From Octopus sinensis (taxonomy: Eukaryota): a stretch of DNA of 64,000 bases. The stretch lies in NCBI RefSeq assembly GCF_006345805.1, contig NC_043009.1:47554001-47618000 (forward strand). The letters are read 5' to 3'. Below the pieces are notes generated by a model, which was not told where the DNA came from, searched no databases, and was given only the letters and a program-made list of their open reading frames with translations. The position numbers and the translations under genes were made by a program. Within the stretch, counting starts at the first letter, position 1; every line of letters starts with the position of its first letter. Of this stretch, positions 63,928 to 64,000 are shown piece after piece.

Positions 63928-64000
63928 AGAACCGTTCTTTATTTTTCATGTTTTTTTTTTTTTTCCAAACACTCATAATGTTTTCCAGAAATTTATAAAA

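Overview
Eukaryotic, very AT-rich, microsatellite-saturated DNA. Its repeat complement ((TA)n/(GAT)n/(AAT)n arrays, several very abundant tRNA-derived SINE families, RTE-clade LINE tails) looks like an octopus/coleoid cephalopod genome; that assignment is inference, not a search result. Most of the window is intronic or intergenic sequence built from transposon fossils. These include a TIR/TSD-delimited Buster-type hAT element with a broken transposase and two nested SINEs (24563-27565), RTE LINE remnants (YADD motif at 57962-57973), a Penelope-like RT/GIY-YIG fossil (~51070-52520), non-autonomous Helitrons, and piggyBac, hAT and mariner MITEs. Almost all ORFs in the supplied track are microsatellite or SINE artefacts. 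One good minus-strand coding exon candidate (63437-63560) and a 37-nt micro-exon candidate (45176-45212) suggest the window lies inside a large minus-strand gene. Three signals stand out: (i) a tRNA-headed, TSD-flanked element carrying a minimal type-I hammerhead-ribozyme motif (7095-7411), with variant hammerhead-like motifs elsewhere; (ii) many long fold-back palindromes, three of them within 1.3 kb at 42.3-43.6 kb; (iii) two palindromes centred on remnants of the (GAT)n retroposon tail, suggesting fold-back duplication linked to insertion.
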